A stretch of DNA of 64,000 nt from Myxococcales bacterium (GTDB lineage: Bacteria > Desulfobacterota > Binatia > HRBIN30), in contig JBBILD010000009.1 of the NCBI GenBank assembly GCA_037445065.1, positions 111,080 through 175,079 on the forward strand, read 5' to 3'. Shown here in pieces: positions 50,062 to 61,821 of this stretch. The position numbers and the translations under genes are program-made. The first letter of the stretch is position 1, and each line of letters begins with the position of its first letter. The notes below the pieces were generated by a model that saw only the letters and a program-made list of their open reading frames with translations, ran no database searches and had not been told where the DNA came from.

Positions 50062-51570
50062 ATGCAAATTCGCCCCGCAGAGATCAGCGAAGTTATCAAG
50101 CAACAGATCGCTCAATACGGACAGGAAATCGAAATCCGCGAAACCGGCACGGTGCTGTCCGCAGGAGACGGCATCGCCCGTATCTACGGCTTAGCGGAGG
50201 CCGCCGCGGGAGAGTTGTTGGAGTTCCCCCACGGCATTTACGGCATGGTGCTCAACCTGGAAGAAGACAACGTCGGTGCAGCGATCTTTGGCGAAGCGCA
50301 CCTGGCGAAGGAAGGCGATGAAGTGCGCCGCACCGGGCGCATTGCTGAGGTGCCTGTAGGCGAGGCACTGCTCGGTCGGGTGGTGAACGCGCTCGGCCAG
50401 CCGATCGATGGCAAAGGGCCCATCGAGGCGCTGCAGCACCGGCGGATCGAGCTGAAGGCGCCCGGGATCGTGTGGCGCCAGCCTGTCAAAGAGCCGCTTC
50501 AGACCGGTATCAAGGCCATTGATTCGATGATCCCGATCGGGCGCGGCCAGCGAGAACTCATCATCGGCGATCGCCAGACCGGCAAAACCGCGGTGGCGGT
50601 GGACACCATCATCAACCAGCGCGGTGGAGACGTCTTCTGCATTTACGTCGCCATCGGGCAGAAGCGCTCGACCGTGGCGCAAGTGGTGGAAAAGCTTCAC
50701 CGATTCGGTGCCATGGACTACACGATCGTGGTATCCGCTACGGCCTCGGAAGCCGCCCCGCTTCAGTTCATTGCCCCGTACGCGGGTTGCGCCATGGGCG
50801 AGTACTTCCGCGATTCGGGCCGCCACGCGCTGGTGATCTACGATGACCTCTCGAAGCACGCCGTCGCCTATCGCCAGCTCTCGTTACTCCTGCGCCGGCC
50901 GCCCGGACGCGAAGCTTACCCGGGCGACGTGTTCTACTTGCACTCGCGCCTGCTGGAACGCGCAGCAAAGATGAGCGACGAGCGCGGCGGTGGTTCGCTG
51001 ACCGCGCTTCCCATTATCGAAACCCAAGCTGGTGACGTCTCCGCCTACATCCCCACCAACGTCATCTCGATCACGGACGGTCAAATCTTTCTCGAGACAG
51101 ACTTGTTCTACTCCGGTGTGCGCCCGGCAGTGAACGTCGGCATCTCCGTGTCCCGCGTTGGCGGCAACGCCCAGATCCGCGCCATGCGTCAGGTCGCCGG
51201 CTCGCTGCGCATCGAACTCGCGCAGTACCGGGAGATGGCCGCGTTTGCCCAGTTCGGCTCCGATCTCGACGCCGCCACCCAGCGCCAGCTTGCCCGCGGA
51301 AGCCGGCTCGTCGAAGTGCTGAAACAGGGCCAGTACGAACCCCTGCCCGTGGAGAAACAGATCCTTGTCATTTACGCGGCAACCAATGGCTATGTAGACC
51401 ACATCCCCGTCGAGTCCGTCCGCAAGTACGAAGCTGAACTCTACCGGTTCGTGGACAACCGCCACCCGGAGATTCTGCGCGCCATTCGGGAGAAGAAGCA
51501 GCTCGACGACGCGCTCAAGGCGGAGATCAATCGCGTCCTCGATGAGTTCAAAGACATCTTCCAGCCCTAA
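50062..51570 (+). CDS. atpA: ATP synthase F1 subunit alpha
   Basis: [29 protein letters not shown]. Confidence 0.99.
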   Translation: MQIRPAEISEVIKQQIAQYGQEIEIRETGTVLSAGDGIARIYGLAEAAAGELLEFPHGIYGMVLNLEEDNVGAAIFGEAHLAKEGDEVRRTGRIAEVPVGEALLGRVVNALGQPIDGKGPIEALQHRRIELKAPGIVWRQPVKEPLQTGIKAIDSMIPIGRGQRELIIGDRQTGKTAVAVDTIINQRGGDVFCIYVAIGQKRSTVAQVVEKLHRFGAMDYTIVVSATASEAAPLQFIAPYAGCAMGEYFRDSGRHALVIYDDLSKHAVAYRQLSLLLRRPPGREAYPGDVFYLHSRLLERAAKMSDERGGGSLTALPIIETQAGDVSAYIPTNVISITDGQIFLETDLFYSGVRPAVNVGISVSRVGGNAQIRAMRQVAGSLRIELAQYREMAAFAQFGSDLDAATQRQLARGSRLVEVLKQGQYEPLPVEKQILVIYAATNGYVDHIPVESVRKYEAELYRFVDNRHPEILRAIREKKQLDDALKAEINRVLDEFKDIFQP

Positions 51571-51609
51571 CTCGCTTGCCTCGCGCGTAAAACAGCAGAC
51601 CGGTTCGCC

Positions 51610-52476
51610 ATGGCCAGCCTAAAAGCAATTCGCAAGCGCATCGCCTCGGTCAAAAACACACAAAAGATTACCAAGGCGATGAAAATGGTGTCTGCCGCGA
51701 AGTTACGCCGCGCGCAGGACGCGGCCACCAGTGCACGTTCCTATGCGGACAAACTTGCCGAACTTCTCCGCTCGGTGGCGGCTCAGGCCAGCTCTTCCGA
51801 CGCCACCCACCCGTTGCTGGCCACTCGGCAGACCGTAGAACGGGTACAGGTCCTGCTTGTCACTGCCGACCGAGGTTTGTGTGGCGCTTACAACAGTAAC
51901 CTCATCCGGAAAATGGAGTCGATCTTGGCCCAGTACGGCAAAGACCGCACGCGCGTGGTCGCCGTCGGGCGCCGCGGCTACGACTACTTCCGCAAACGCG
52001 GCGTGCAGATCGTCGAGCGGCACATCAACTTGCCGAAAGGGCCAGACGCAGCTCTCGCCAATCAAATCGCCGACCGCCTCGCACTCGCCTATGCTGCGGG
52101 CGAAGCGGACGCCGTGCTGGTGCTTTACAGCCACTTCCGCTCGGTGCTGTCACAAGTACCCACCGTCGAGCAACTGCTGCCCATCGTTCCCGCTCAAGCG
52201 TCCGACCGAGCGCCCACCGAATATGTGTTCGAGCCCGATCCGGCTTCCTTGCTGGATCGCCTTTTGCGCGAATACGTTCGGGTTGCCGTTCGCCGCGCCT
52301 TCTTGGAAGCCAGCGCTAGCGAGCACGCAGCGCGGATGACGGCGATGGACTCGGCGACCAGCAATGCGGCGGAGATGATCGAGCGGTTGACGCTGGAAAT
52401 GAACCGCGCCCGGCAGGCTGCCATCACCAAGGAGCTGATGGAGATCGTCAGCGGCGCGGAAGCACTCAAAGGATAA
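51610..52476 (+). CDS. atpG: ATP synthase F1 subunit gamma
   Basis: KITKAMKMVSAAK, DRGLCG, ARQAAITKEL. Confidence 0.98.
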   Translation: MASLKAIRKRIASVKNTQKITKAMKMVSAAKLRRAQDAATSARSYADKLAELLRSVAAQASSSDATHPLLATRQTVERVQVLLVTADRGLCGAYNSNLIRKMESILAQYGKDRTRVVAVGRRGYDYFRKRGVQIVERHINLPKGPDAALANQIADRLALAYAAGEADAVLVLYSHFRSVLSQVPTVEQLLPIVPAQASDRAPTEYVFEPDPASLLDRLLREYVRVAVRRAFLEASASEHAARMTAMDSATSNAAEMIERLTLEMNRARQAAITKELMEIVSGAEALKG

Positions 52477-53907
<1,431 letters not shown>

Positions 53908-53910
53908 ACG

Positions 53911-54339
53911 ATGGCTAGCCGCTTACTGCTGCGCATAGTAACCCCGCGCGCTCTGCTGCTGGAAACCGAGGTGCAAGAGGTCGTAGGGCCCGGTACGGTC
54001 GGCGAGTTCGGCATCCTTCCGGACCACGTCACCTTCCTCACCTCGCTCGAGCCCGGTGTGCTCCGCTTTCGTACGCCAGCGGGGGAGGAAACCGCGGTGG
54101 CGCTCCTCGGCGGCTTTGCGGAGGTGCGCAACAACGTGGTCACCGTGCTCGCCGATGACGCGGTAGAGGCCGACGCGGTGCAACGCGAAGAAGTGCGCAC
54201 CGAACTCTCAGCGCTAGAGCGCCAGTTGCAGGCGCTTTCTCCGGCTGATGAGGCCTTCGCCTCTACGGACCGGCTGCGGCGCTGGGCTGAGGCTCGCCTG
54301 GCTGTTGCACGTTCCGGAGGGGCACGGACCTACCATTGA
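53911..54339 (+). CDS. atpC: ATP synthase F1 subunit epsilon
   Basis: IVTP, GEFGILPDH, GGFAEV. Confidence 0.95.
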   Translation: MASRLLLRIVTPRALLLETEVQEVVGPGTVGEFGILPDHVTFLTSLEPGVLRFRTPAGEETAVALLGGFAEVRNNVVTVLADDAVEADAVQREEVRTELSALERQLQALSPADEAFASTDRLRRWAEARLAVARSGGARTYH

Positions 54340-54362
54340 TGTGCGCCCCGTCGCGTGGCCTT

Positions 54363-54761
54363 ATGAGCGATTCTCAGCAGTGGCAACCGGTAGCAAAAGC
54401 CAGCGAACTGTCGCCGGGCCAAAGTCGCAAGTTTTTCTTGCTCGTAGATGGGCAAGAGGAGGAGTGCTTCGTGGTGAACTTTCGCGGGGGCCTCTATGCC
54501 TACGTGAACCGCTGCCAACATGTTCCGATCAGTCTCGATTGGGTGGAAAACCAGTTCTTCACCGCAGATGGGCTCTTCCTTCAGTGCGCGACCCATGGCG
54601 CAAAGTACCTGCCGGACACGGGCGAGTGCATCGCCGGACCACCGTGCGGCAAGTTTTTGCGCCGCCTAGCAGTTCGCGTTTGTGATGACACCGTTTACGT
54701 AAGCCCTGGGGAAACGCAGTCTCTCGATTGTTTTTCCTACGCCTCTCAAGAAAGGGGGTGA
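54363..54761 (+). CDS. Rieske [2Fe-2S] ferredoxin-like protein
   Basis: NRCQH ... CATHGA ... GECIAGP. Confidence 0.9.
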   Translation: MSDSQQWQPVAKASELSPGQSRKFFLLVDGQEEECFVVNFRGGLYAYVNRCQHVPISLDWVENQFFTADGLFLQCATHGAKYLPDTGECIAGPPCGKFLRRLAVRVCDDTVYVSPGETQSLDCFSYASQERG

Positions 54762-54765
54762 AGCG

Positions 54766-54999
54766 ATGGCACGACAAGATCGCCGCTGGGAGATTCGCCG
54801 GCGCAGGAATCGCCGGAAAAAGCTCGCCAAGCTACGCGCGCGGTATGCCGCAGCGCGAACCAACGCGGAGCGGGAAAAGATTCTTGCGAAGGTGCAGCGT
54901 GTTGCGCCGACCGTGACGCGCGAAGCCTTCATTGCCAGCGTCGGTACCACGCGGTCGCAGCCGCCCCGACCGGGTTCGCGCTCTTCTTCCGCTGCCTGA
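54766..54999 (+). CDS. Small basic protein (DUF6800-like)
   Basis: EIRRRRNRRKKLAKLRARYAAA...EREKIL.K. Confidence 0.7.
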   Translation: MARQDRRWEIRRRRNRRKKLAKLRARYAAARTNAEREKILAKVQRVAPTVTREAFIASVGTTRSQPPRPGSRSSSAA

Positions 55000-55240
55000 T
55001 TCTGCCAAGCCCCGCCAGACGCCCTTTGCCACGGGGGCAATATTTTGACCGACGCGGCAATGCTGCGCCACATCCCGACCGGATTTTCTACCGCCGGATC
55101 GTCCTCCTGCCGCCCCCGACGGAGGGCGGACTGCTTGCTTCCGCCAGGATCCGCTCCGGCACCCGAGCTTGCGGGCGGCGGTGTTCCTGCATACAGCGGC
55201 AAGCGTGCGCGACTGCCAGCGTCGCAGCCGCCCTCCCAGT

Positions 55241-57736
55241 TCACGGAATCGGCCCGTCGCCAAAGGCGAACGTCGCGGCAATGAACAAGGCAGCGTGCTC
55301 CCAAACGTGGGGCACGTCGTTTTGCGGCCAATAGCCCGGGGCCACCCCATCCCCGTTCCGGTCCACTTGCACGCGGCCGTATGCTTCCGAGATGTGGCGC
55401 GTGCCCACCGTGGTCAGTTCCCGCACGAAAAAGCGTACCGCCTGCTGCGCTTCCTGCAGCATCGCTCGATCGTTCCGTTGGCGCGCTAGGTACGCCAGTG
55501 CAGTCAGCGGCTCGGCGTTATAGCCGCTTTCCGGTGCTGTGCGCCGCAGAATCGGGTCAATCCCCTGTTCCTTCAGCAAGCGGACGTGGCTGACCGCCAG
55601 CGGGTCTTGCGGCGCCAGAAAGCGCACCGGCCAAATCACCCACGGTGCCCGCGGCCCTTCCAGATGCGGCACCGGCTCAGAGCGCTGGAAGAAGCGTCGG
55701 ATCCCCTCTTCCAGCTCGCGTGCGCGAGCGTGCCAGAAATCCACCTCGGCGGGATCGAATCCGCACTCTTCCGCCGCCTCGATCCCGCTGCGCAGAGCGA
55801 GCAGTACGGTTTGCGCCCCCATTAACGTCTGCGTGAGGGGGATGTTGTCATCCTCGTTCGCCAAGCACTGCAGGTTATTCGTCTCGTCCTTGCAACGAGC
55901 CAGGTTCTTTGCCCCGAGTTCGATGGAGCTGCACACCTCGGCCAAATACGCGCGTCGTTGCTGGGGCTCTTGCAGGAACTTGGCGTGCTGCCAGAGAGTC
56001 CATACCGTGAGGCCCGCGGCGTCAATCTCGAACGACAGCGGTAGACCAGGAACAGCGGCCACCGGGTCGGCGTAGTAATTCGCCTCCACGGTGCCCGCCG
56101 GAACGCAATTCGGGTACACCGGATTCTGGGGATCGCAGGGGCCGAAATCGTAGAGGGGCGACCACGCCGCCGGCCGCTTCCGCTGCACGCGGGCGTAGAA
56201 GCGATTGTGACGAGTCACCAAATCTGCGTACCCGGCCAGGTCGAGAGCGTAGTTGATGAACGCCCCATCCCTAGGCCAGTCCTCACCGTAGGGCGGCTGC
56301 GTGTTTACGCTGGCGACGATCGCGCCGCTCGCCTCGTCCATCGCGGTGCGCATCACGATGAGGCTCCTCTTGGCGAACGCCAGCACCTCCGGATCGGTCG
56401 TGTTTGGTAGCCGCGCGGGCGCGAGAAAATCCCGCCACCACCGCTCATGCTCCGCACGCTGTTGCTCGACCGGTTCGCTGCGCGCGGCCCGCAACAGCGC
56501 GTATGCGCTGTCCTTCCTTCCGGCGATCGCGATGTCGAAGGTTGCCTCCGCTCGCTCGCCCGAGAAGTGCAGCCGTTTGGCCAGCGCAGCATTCGCCTGA
56601 CAGGCGGCAATCGGCGAACGCGACAAGAGTCCATCCGCCGCGTCGCTGTAGGCACTCTCTGCCTCGTACGTCCACCCCAGTTGCTGCCGGCACTCACCGA
56701 GGGGGCCGTCCGGGTGAAGCACTTGGCGGCGGCATTGAAATGCAATACGAACGAATTCTGCGAACGCGTCTCCGAGGTCGAAGACGCGGATCGTGTTCTC
56801 GGTCAACCGGGTCTGCAGATCGCACAAGTCCGTTTGATCAAAGCCGCACTGGTAACCATCGTCGCCGCCTCGCGCCCCTAAGGCAATGTAAACCCCCTCC
56901 CCATCGAGTTCCCCAAGCAACGCTCGAACCTGGTGGGCGAGCTGCTCGCGGCTCCCGGGTTGGCGCAAAATCTCGGAGACGCGAGTCAAGCGGTGCGGGT
57001 TGGCACGCTCACTGGCGGGCAAGTAGTGGAGAATTGCCCCCTCTTCCTCATCGTAAACCACTGCGTGGTCGTTCTTGAAGTCCAAGGCCCAGTCCGCCAC
57101 TGGGAAGAGCGCCTGCCGCGCCAACGTCGGTGCGAAGTTGGCGTAAAAAATCAAGCTTGCCTCCCGGACAGGTGAGCTGGGCTGGCGGAGAACTTCGTAA
57201 TGATTGATGAGAACATCTCTCCCCGGAACAATGAACTGGTACGCGCGGACCTCCAGACCCAGCTGGCGGTTCCGGAAAGTCGTCACAGCAATGTTCGAGG
57301 TATCGGACGAGTACGTCTGTTCGTGACTCCAGGGCAGGTCGCGCAGCCAGGTGAACCCAGCGCCCGCTGCCGTGCGGTACCACAAACCAGGGAAGGCGCC
57401 AGCGCTCTCCAGCGCGCCGAGGCGCGGTTTGAGCCGTGCATCGGCCTCGTTCGAGGTCAAATAGTCGAGTTGGTCGTAATAGCTGGGCCCAGGCCACTTC
57501 AGGGAGGTAATCTCTCCGCACAACGACACTGTACCCGTGAGTTGGCCCGCGCCTAGCGCCGCGTTCGTGTTCGTTGCTCCCCACTGCAGCTCGAAGATGT
57601 TTGGCGCGTCCGGCAGTACGCCGAGTAGCGGACAGGGCACCTGCCTCTCCCCCGCTACGGGCTCGCCGTCCGATCCACAGCCCCACACGGCCAAGGCCGC
57701 GAGTGCAAACGCTGCCAGGCTTCTTCTTGCCCTCAC
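55241..57736 (-). CDS. Glycoside hydrolase family 15-like lipoprotein
   Basis: GTG after AGGAGG; lipobox VWGC; GAIVAS, WPRDG, C-terminal HISE...PHVWEHA. Confidence 0.75.
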   Translation of the reverse strand: MRARRSLAAFALAALAVWGCGSDGEPVAGERQVPCPLLGVLPDAPNIFELQWGATNTNAALGAGQLTGTVSLCGEITSLKWPGPSYYDQLDYLTSNEADARLKPRLGALESAGAFPGLWYRTAAGAGFTWLRDLPWSHEQTYSSDTSNIAVTTFRNRQLGLEVRAYQFIVPGRDVLINHYEVLRQPSSPVREASLIFYANFAPTLARQALFPVADWALDFKNDHAVVYDEEEGAILHYLPASERANPHRLTRVSEILRQPGSREQLAHQVRALLGELDGEGVYIALGARGGDDGYQCGFDQTDLCDLQTRLTENTIRVFDLGDAFAEFVRIAFQCRRQVLHPDGPLGECRQQLGWTYEAESAYSDAADGLLSRSPIAACQANAALAKRLHFSGERAEATFDIAIAGRKDSAYALLRAARSEPVEQQRAEHERWWRDFLAPARLPNTTDPEVLAFAKRSLIVMRTAMDEASGAIVASVNTQPPYGEDWPRDGAFINYALDLAGYADLVTRHNRFYARVQRKRPAAWSPLYDFGPCDPQNPVYPNCVPAGTVEANYYADPVAAVPGLPLSFEIDAAGLTVWTLWQHAKFLQEPQQRRAYLAEVCSSIELGAKNLARCKDETNNLQCLANEDDNIPLTQTLMGAQTVLLALRSGIEAAEECGFDPAEVDFWHARARELEEGIRRFFQRSEPVPHLEGPRAPWVIWPVRFLAPQDPLAVSHVRLLKEQGIDPILRRTAPESGYNAEPLTALAYLARQRNDRAMLQEAQQAVRFFVRELTTVGTRHISEAYGRVQVDRNGDGVAPGYWPQNDVPHVWEHAALFIAATFAFGDGPIP

Positions 57737-57832
57737 TCTAATCCTCCTGTCACCTGCTCTCGTGCGCAGCGCAATCGTGCCGCAAAGCCGATTCCTTGCC
57801 AACTGGTGCACGTCAGGCCGCGGGCGCCCACT

Positions 57833-58690
57833 TCACACGGCGACCCGCACTTCTAGAGGAAGTCCCTCAAGGCGCTCAGCTACTCGCTGGAGCCACTCCT
57901 GAGATACCGGGCGCAGCTCGGCCTTCCATTTTGGTTGCTGCGGTTGGCGTGCCAGCGTGTACAGATGGACCCCCCGGATGGGGATTCCCCGCTCAACAAC
58001 CCTGCGCAGGAGAGCAATGTAGCTCTCCACTTCCGCCTCTTCGGGCGCTCCGGCACGCGTGGCGAAAAAACAGCTCTGAATCCAGGTCGGACAGCGCCGT
58101 GCCGCCTCCACTAGGCGGTTCAGGGCTTGCTCGACCGTCCAGCGAACGCCGTGGACCCGCTGGAGGGCGGCGTCGTTGCCGGCGTCCAGCTTGAACCACA
58201 CTTCGCCCTGTACCCGTTGCAGCTCCTCCACCGCCTCCTGCACCCACGGCCGATGCATCATCGTACCATTGGTGATCAAACGAGTACGCACCTCCGGGGC
58301 TACGCCCAACTTGCCCCGCACGCGCGCAATCACTCGCACCACCTCGGCGATTTCACGCGCTGTCGTCGGCTCGCCATTCCCTGAGATGGCAATATCGCGA
58401 AACACCCGCGCGCCCTCCGGCAAGTGGCGCTGCAAAAAAGACCCCTGCACCACTTCCCCCACCACCTCGAGCAGTTCTGCCTCCAGAGCCTGCACGTCGA
58501 TGGCCGGGGCCGACCCGCGGCGCAAGTTCGGCACCTGACAGTACACGCACTGCCAGTTGCAAGCATTGTTCGGATTCAGGTTTACCCCGACCGACAACCC
58601 ACCTGCACGCCGAGAAAACACCGCGTACACGTACGTGTGCCCGAGTCGTTCGCGGTCGTGATCGTGGGTCGACAGGACAAATTCGGCCAT
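57833..58690 (-). CDS. Radical SAM protein (COG0731-like)
   Basis: YVYAVFSRRAGGLSVGVNL, CNWQCVYC, SGNGEPT, KLDAG. Confidence 0.88.
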   Translation of the reverse strand: MAEFVLSTHDHDRERLGHTYVYAVFSRRAGGLSVGVNLNPNNACNWQCVYCQVPNLRRGSAPAIDVQALEAELLEVVGEVVQGSFLQRHLPEGARVFRDIAISGNGEPTTAREIAEVVRVIARVRGKLGVAPEVRTRLITNGTMMHRPWVQEAVEELQRVQGEVWFKLDAGNDAALQRVHGVRWTVEQALNRLVEAARRCPTWIQSCFFATRAGAPEEAEVESYIALLRRVVERGIPIRGVHLYTLARQPQQPKWKAELRPVSQEWLQRVAERLEGLPLEVRVAV

Positions 58691-58754
58691 TGCTACGGCC
58701 TCCTGTAGGGTCTCCACGGCCGCCACGCAAACCGTCTTGCTTGCCGCACTGCAA

Positions 58755-58774
58755 CATACTAAACGTTCAGTATG
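58755..58774. promoter_or_regulatory. Putative TetR operator
   Basis: catactaaacgttcagtatg, 20-bp palindrome with one mismatched pair, overlapping the TetR ATG. Confidence 0.7.
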
Positions 58775-59416
58775 CTCGCACGCGTCGAGAGCACGAAGGA
58801 GGACCTGCGCAAGGAGCTGCTGCGGGTGGCGATCGACTGCTTTGCCAAGCACGGATACGCGGCCACCTCCATTGACCGCATCGCCAAAGCAGCCGGCGTG
58901 ACCAAGGGTGCCCTCTACTATCACTTCAAAGACAAGGAGGAGCTGCTGCTCGAGTCGGTTCGCAATCGCATCGGGCAGTTCGAGAAGCGCGTGGTGGAGG
59001 AGCTGCAGCCACAAGCCAGTGCAGCCGCGGCGCTACACGCTCTCGCTCGGATTTGCTTCGACCACGCCACGCGCAGCAACCACCGCCGGCTGATCGTCAC
59101 GCTCATGGTGGAGGCGCTCGACACCCATCCGGCGCTCGAAAGGTTGTTTCGCGACATGATGCAGCGCTTTCGTGCCTTCTTGGCACAGGTGATCCGCCGC
59201 GGGCAGAAGCAAAAGGAGTTTCGCACCGATGTGGCGCCTGAACTCGCCGCTGAGCTGTTCGCCGGGGCGGTCATGGGGGCAGAGATCCAGTACTATCAAG
59301 ACCCTGCAGGATTCGACCTCGCCCGTGCTCTGCACGCGTACAGTGAGCAATTCGTCCAGTGGCTGCAGCCAACGCGGACTCGTTCGCGTCGGGCCACTGG
59401 AACGAGGAAGGAGTAA
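58772..59416 (+). CDS. TetR/AcrR family regulator
   Basis: FAKHGYAATSIDRIAKAAGVTKGALYYHFKDKEELL. Confidence 0.95.
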   Translation: MLARVESTKEDLRKELLRVAIDCFAKHGYAATSIDRIAKAAGVTKGALYYHFKDKEELLLESVRNRIGQFEKRVVEELQPQASAAAALHALARICFDHATRSNHRRLIVTLMVEALDTHPALERLFRDMMQRFRAFLAQVIRRGQKQKEFRTDVAPELAAELFAGAVMGAEIQYYQDPAGFDLARALHAYSEQFVQWLQPTRTRSRRATGTRKE

Positions 59417-59421
59417 CGACC

Positions 59422-60522
59422 ATGGTCAGTTTCGAACCGAGTGAAGAACAGCGCTTGATTCGCGACACGGTGGCGGAATTTGCCCGCGAGCGGATTCGGC
59501 CACAAGCTCGACCCAGTGACGAAACGGGGTTGATTCCCAGCGAGCTGATCCAAGAAGGCTGGCAGCTCGGGCTCGTGCAAGCCACCATCCCAGAGGCCTT
59601 TGGCGGAGGCGGGCAAACGCACAGCGCCGTGACCAGCGCGTTGGTCATCGAGGAGCTGGCCTGGGCCGACTTATCGATCGCCTGCCACCTGCTCGCCCCG
59701 CAATTGCTCGTGCTCCCTCTCGTGGAGACCGGCACGGAAGAACAAAAACGCGCGTTCCTGCCGGCGTATGCGGGCGGGCGCTTTCAGGCCGCTACCGCAG
59801 CGATTATGGAGCCGCGTTGGGACTTCGACACGAGCGAACTCCGCACCGTGGCGCGCCCCGAGAACGGCCATTACGTGCTCGAGGGGCAGAAGTGCTACGT
59901 GCCGCTCGCCGCGGAGGCTCAGCACGTACTGACCTACGCGCGCCTCGCGGATAACGGCGAGCTGGCTGCCTTCATCCTCGACCGCGACACACCTGGGCTG
60001 CAGGTCACGGAGCGAGAAAAGAACATGGGGCTCAAGGGGCTTGCGACCTACGAACTGGAGCTGCGCAACTGCCGCGTGCCTGCCGACCGGCGTCTCGGAG
60101 GGGAGGGAGGCGCAGACATTGTCCGGTTGCTGAATCTACAACGGGTGGGCTTGGCAGCGGCTGCTGTTGGGGTGGCGCGGGCTGCCTTCGAATACGCCCG
60201 GGACTACGCCAAAGAACGCAAAGCCTTTGGCGTGTTTATCGCGCAAAAGCAGGCGATCGCCTTCATGCTGGCCGAAATGGCGATCGAGATCGACGCCGCG
60301 CGGCTGCTCACCTGGGAGGCGGCGTGGAAACTCGACCGAGGGGAAGAAGCGACACGCGAGGCGATACTGGCCAAGCAGTATGCGGCCAACATGGCGCTTA
60401 TGGTGGCAGATCGTGGTGTCCAGATCCTCGGCGGCCACGGGTATATCCGCGACCACCTGGTCGAGCTGTTTCTGCGCAACGCACGCGGCTTTGCCACGTT
60501 CGACGGGCTCTTGATGGCCTAA
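59422..60522 (+). CDS. Acyl-CoA dehydrogenase (FadE24-like, probably non-catalytic subunit)
   Basis: ACAD fold motifs, ERKAFG, GVQILGGHGY; ends ATFDGLLMA. Confidence 0.88.
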   Translation: MVSFEPSEEQRLIRDTVAEFARERIRPQARPSDETGLIPSELIQEGWQLGLVQATIPEAFGGGGQTHSAVTSALVIEELAWADLSIACHLLAPQLLVLPLVETGTEEQKRAFLPAYAGGRFQAATAAIMEPRWDFDTSELRTVARPENGHYVLEGQKCYVPLAAEAQHVLTYARLADNGELAAFILDRDTPGLQVTEREKNMGLKGLATYELELRNCRVPADRRLGGEGGADIVRLLNLQRVGLAAAAVGVARAAFEYARDYAKERKAFGVFIAQKQAIAFMLAEMAIEIDAARLLTWEAAWKLDRGEEATREAILAKQYAANMALMVADRGVQILGGHGYIRDHLVELFLRNARGFATFDGLLMA

Positions 60523-60548
60523 TTCGTTGAGGCGGAGGAACTATAGCG

Positions 60549-61775
60549 ATGATCGACTTCGAACTTCCGAAAGAAATCCAGCAGGTGCGCGATATGGTGC
60601 ACATGGTGGCCGAAAACGCCATGCGGCCCATCGCCCGCGAGCATGACGAACGCGAGCACGAGAAACCCTGGGACTTCCTGAACATGATGTGGCAAGCCTC
60701 TCAAACCGCCAATCCAGTGACCTTCGGTGGAGACGGAAAGCAAAAGGGGGCGGATCGGCGCTCGCTGCGCAATCTCCAGGCCGTGGTCACCATCGAGGAG
60801 CTGTCGTGGGGTGACGCCGGACTGTATCTGTCCATCCCCAACCCAGGCCTCGGCGGGGCGGCGGTGGCGGCTGCCGGTACCCCGGAGCAAAAAGAGCGCT
60901 TCCTGGCACGATTTCGCAGCGGGGCCCCAAAGTGGGGAGCCATGGCGATTACCGAGCCGCACTGTGGTTCCGACACTTCCGCGATCACGACCACAGCGGT
61001 GCGTGACGGAGACCACTGGGTCCTGAACGGAACCAAAATCTTCGTGACCAGCGGCAAGATGGCAGCCCAAGACTCCGAAGGCTTCGTCGTCGTGTGGGCC
61101 ACGGTGGATAAGAGCGCTGGCCGAGCGGGTATCAAGGCGTTCGTGGTGGAGGCAGGAACCCCTGGGATGTCGGTGGTGAAAGTGGAAGACAAGATGGGCA
61201 TCCGCGCCTCGGATACGGCGATGATTGTTTTCGAAAATTGCCGCATTCCCTTGGACAACATTCTCGGTAGCCCTGAGGTGAAACCCTCGACCGAGGGCTT
61301 CAAAGGTGCGATGGCTACATTCGACGCCACTCGCCCGATCGTTGCAGCGAGCGCCATTGGGATCGGGCGTGCTGCTTTGGATTTTGTACGCGCCGAGCTT
61401 GAGAAAAACGGGATCCGCATCCGTTACGGTGTGGCGCGCAACCGCCTCACCGCGCTCGAACGCGACTTCATGGACATGGAAGCGATGCTGGAAGCGGCCC
61501 GCCTGCTTACCTGGCGCGCGGCGTGGATGATGGACCAAGGCAAGCGCAACAACCTCGAGGCTTCCATGGCCAAGGCCAAAGCTGGGCTCGCGGTAACCAT
61601 CGTGACGCAAAAGGCCGTAGAGATGCTCGGCCCGCTCGGGTACTCGCGCAAGTACTTGCTGGAGAAGTGGATGCGCGACGCGAAGATCAACGACATCTTC
61701 GAGGGCACGCAGCAAATCAACCTGCTCATCGTTGCCCGCCGCATCCTCGGGTACTCGAGCAAGGAACTGAACTAA
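60549..61775 (+). CDS. Acyl-CoA dehydrogenase (FadE23-like)
   Basis: AMAITEP..GSD, KMGIRASDT, EKWMRDAKINDIFEGTQQI. Confidence 0.92.
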   Translation: MIDFELPKEIQQVRDMVHMVAENAMRPIAREHDEREHEKPWDFLNMMWQASQTANPVTFGGDGKQKGADRRSLRNLQAVVTIEELSWGDAGLYLSIPNPGLGGAAVAAAGTPEQKERFLARFRSGAPKWGAMAITEPHCGSDTSAITTTAVRDGDHWVLNGTKIFVTSGKMAAQDSEGFVVVWATVDKSAGRAGIKAFVVEAGTPGMSVVKVEDKMGIRASDTAMIVFENCRIPLDNILGSPEVKPSTEGFKGAMATFDATRPIVAASAIGIGRAALDFVRAELEKNGIRIRYGVARNRLTALERDFMDMEAMLEAARLLTWRAAWMMDQGKRNNLEASMAKAKAGLAVTIVTQKAVEMLGPLGYSRKYLLEKWMRDAKINDIFEGTQQINLLIVARRILGYSSKELN

Positions 61776-61821
61776 CGAGCCCTTGCGATTGCTGTCTGCT
61801 TTCCGGTAGCGTCCCGCCCCT

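Noticed and set aside
55000..55240. Short ORFs between DUF6800-like and GH15-like genes
   Set aside because: Low-complexity translations without RBS or motifs.
57833..59014. 393-aa radical SAM ORF as given by the track
   Set aside because: The N-terminal 108 codons are mostly the antisense of tetR; true start is ATG 58690 after AGGAGG.
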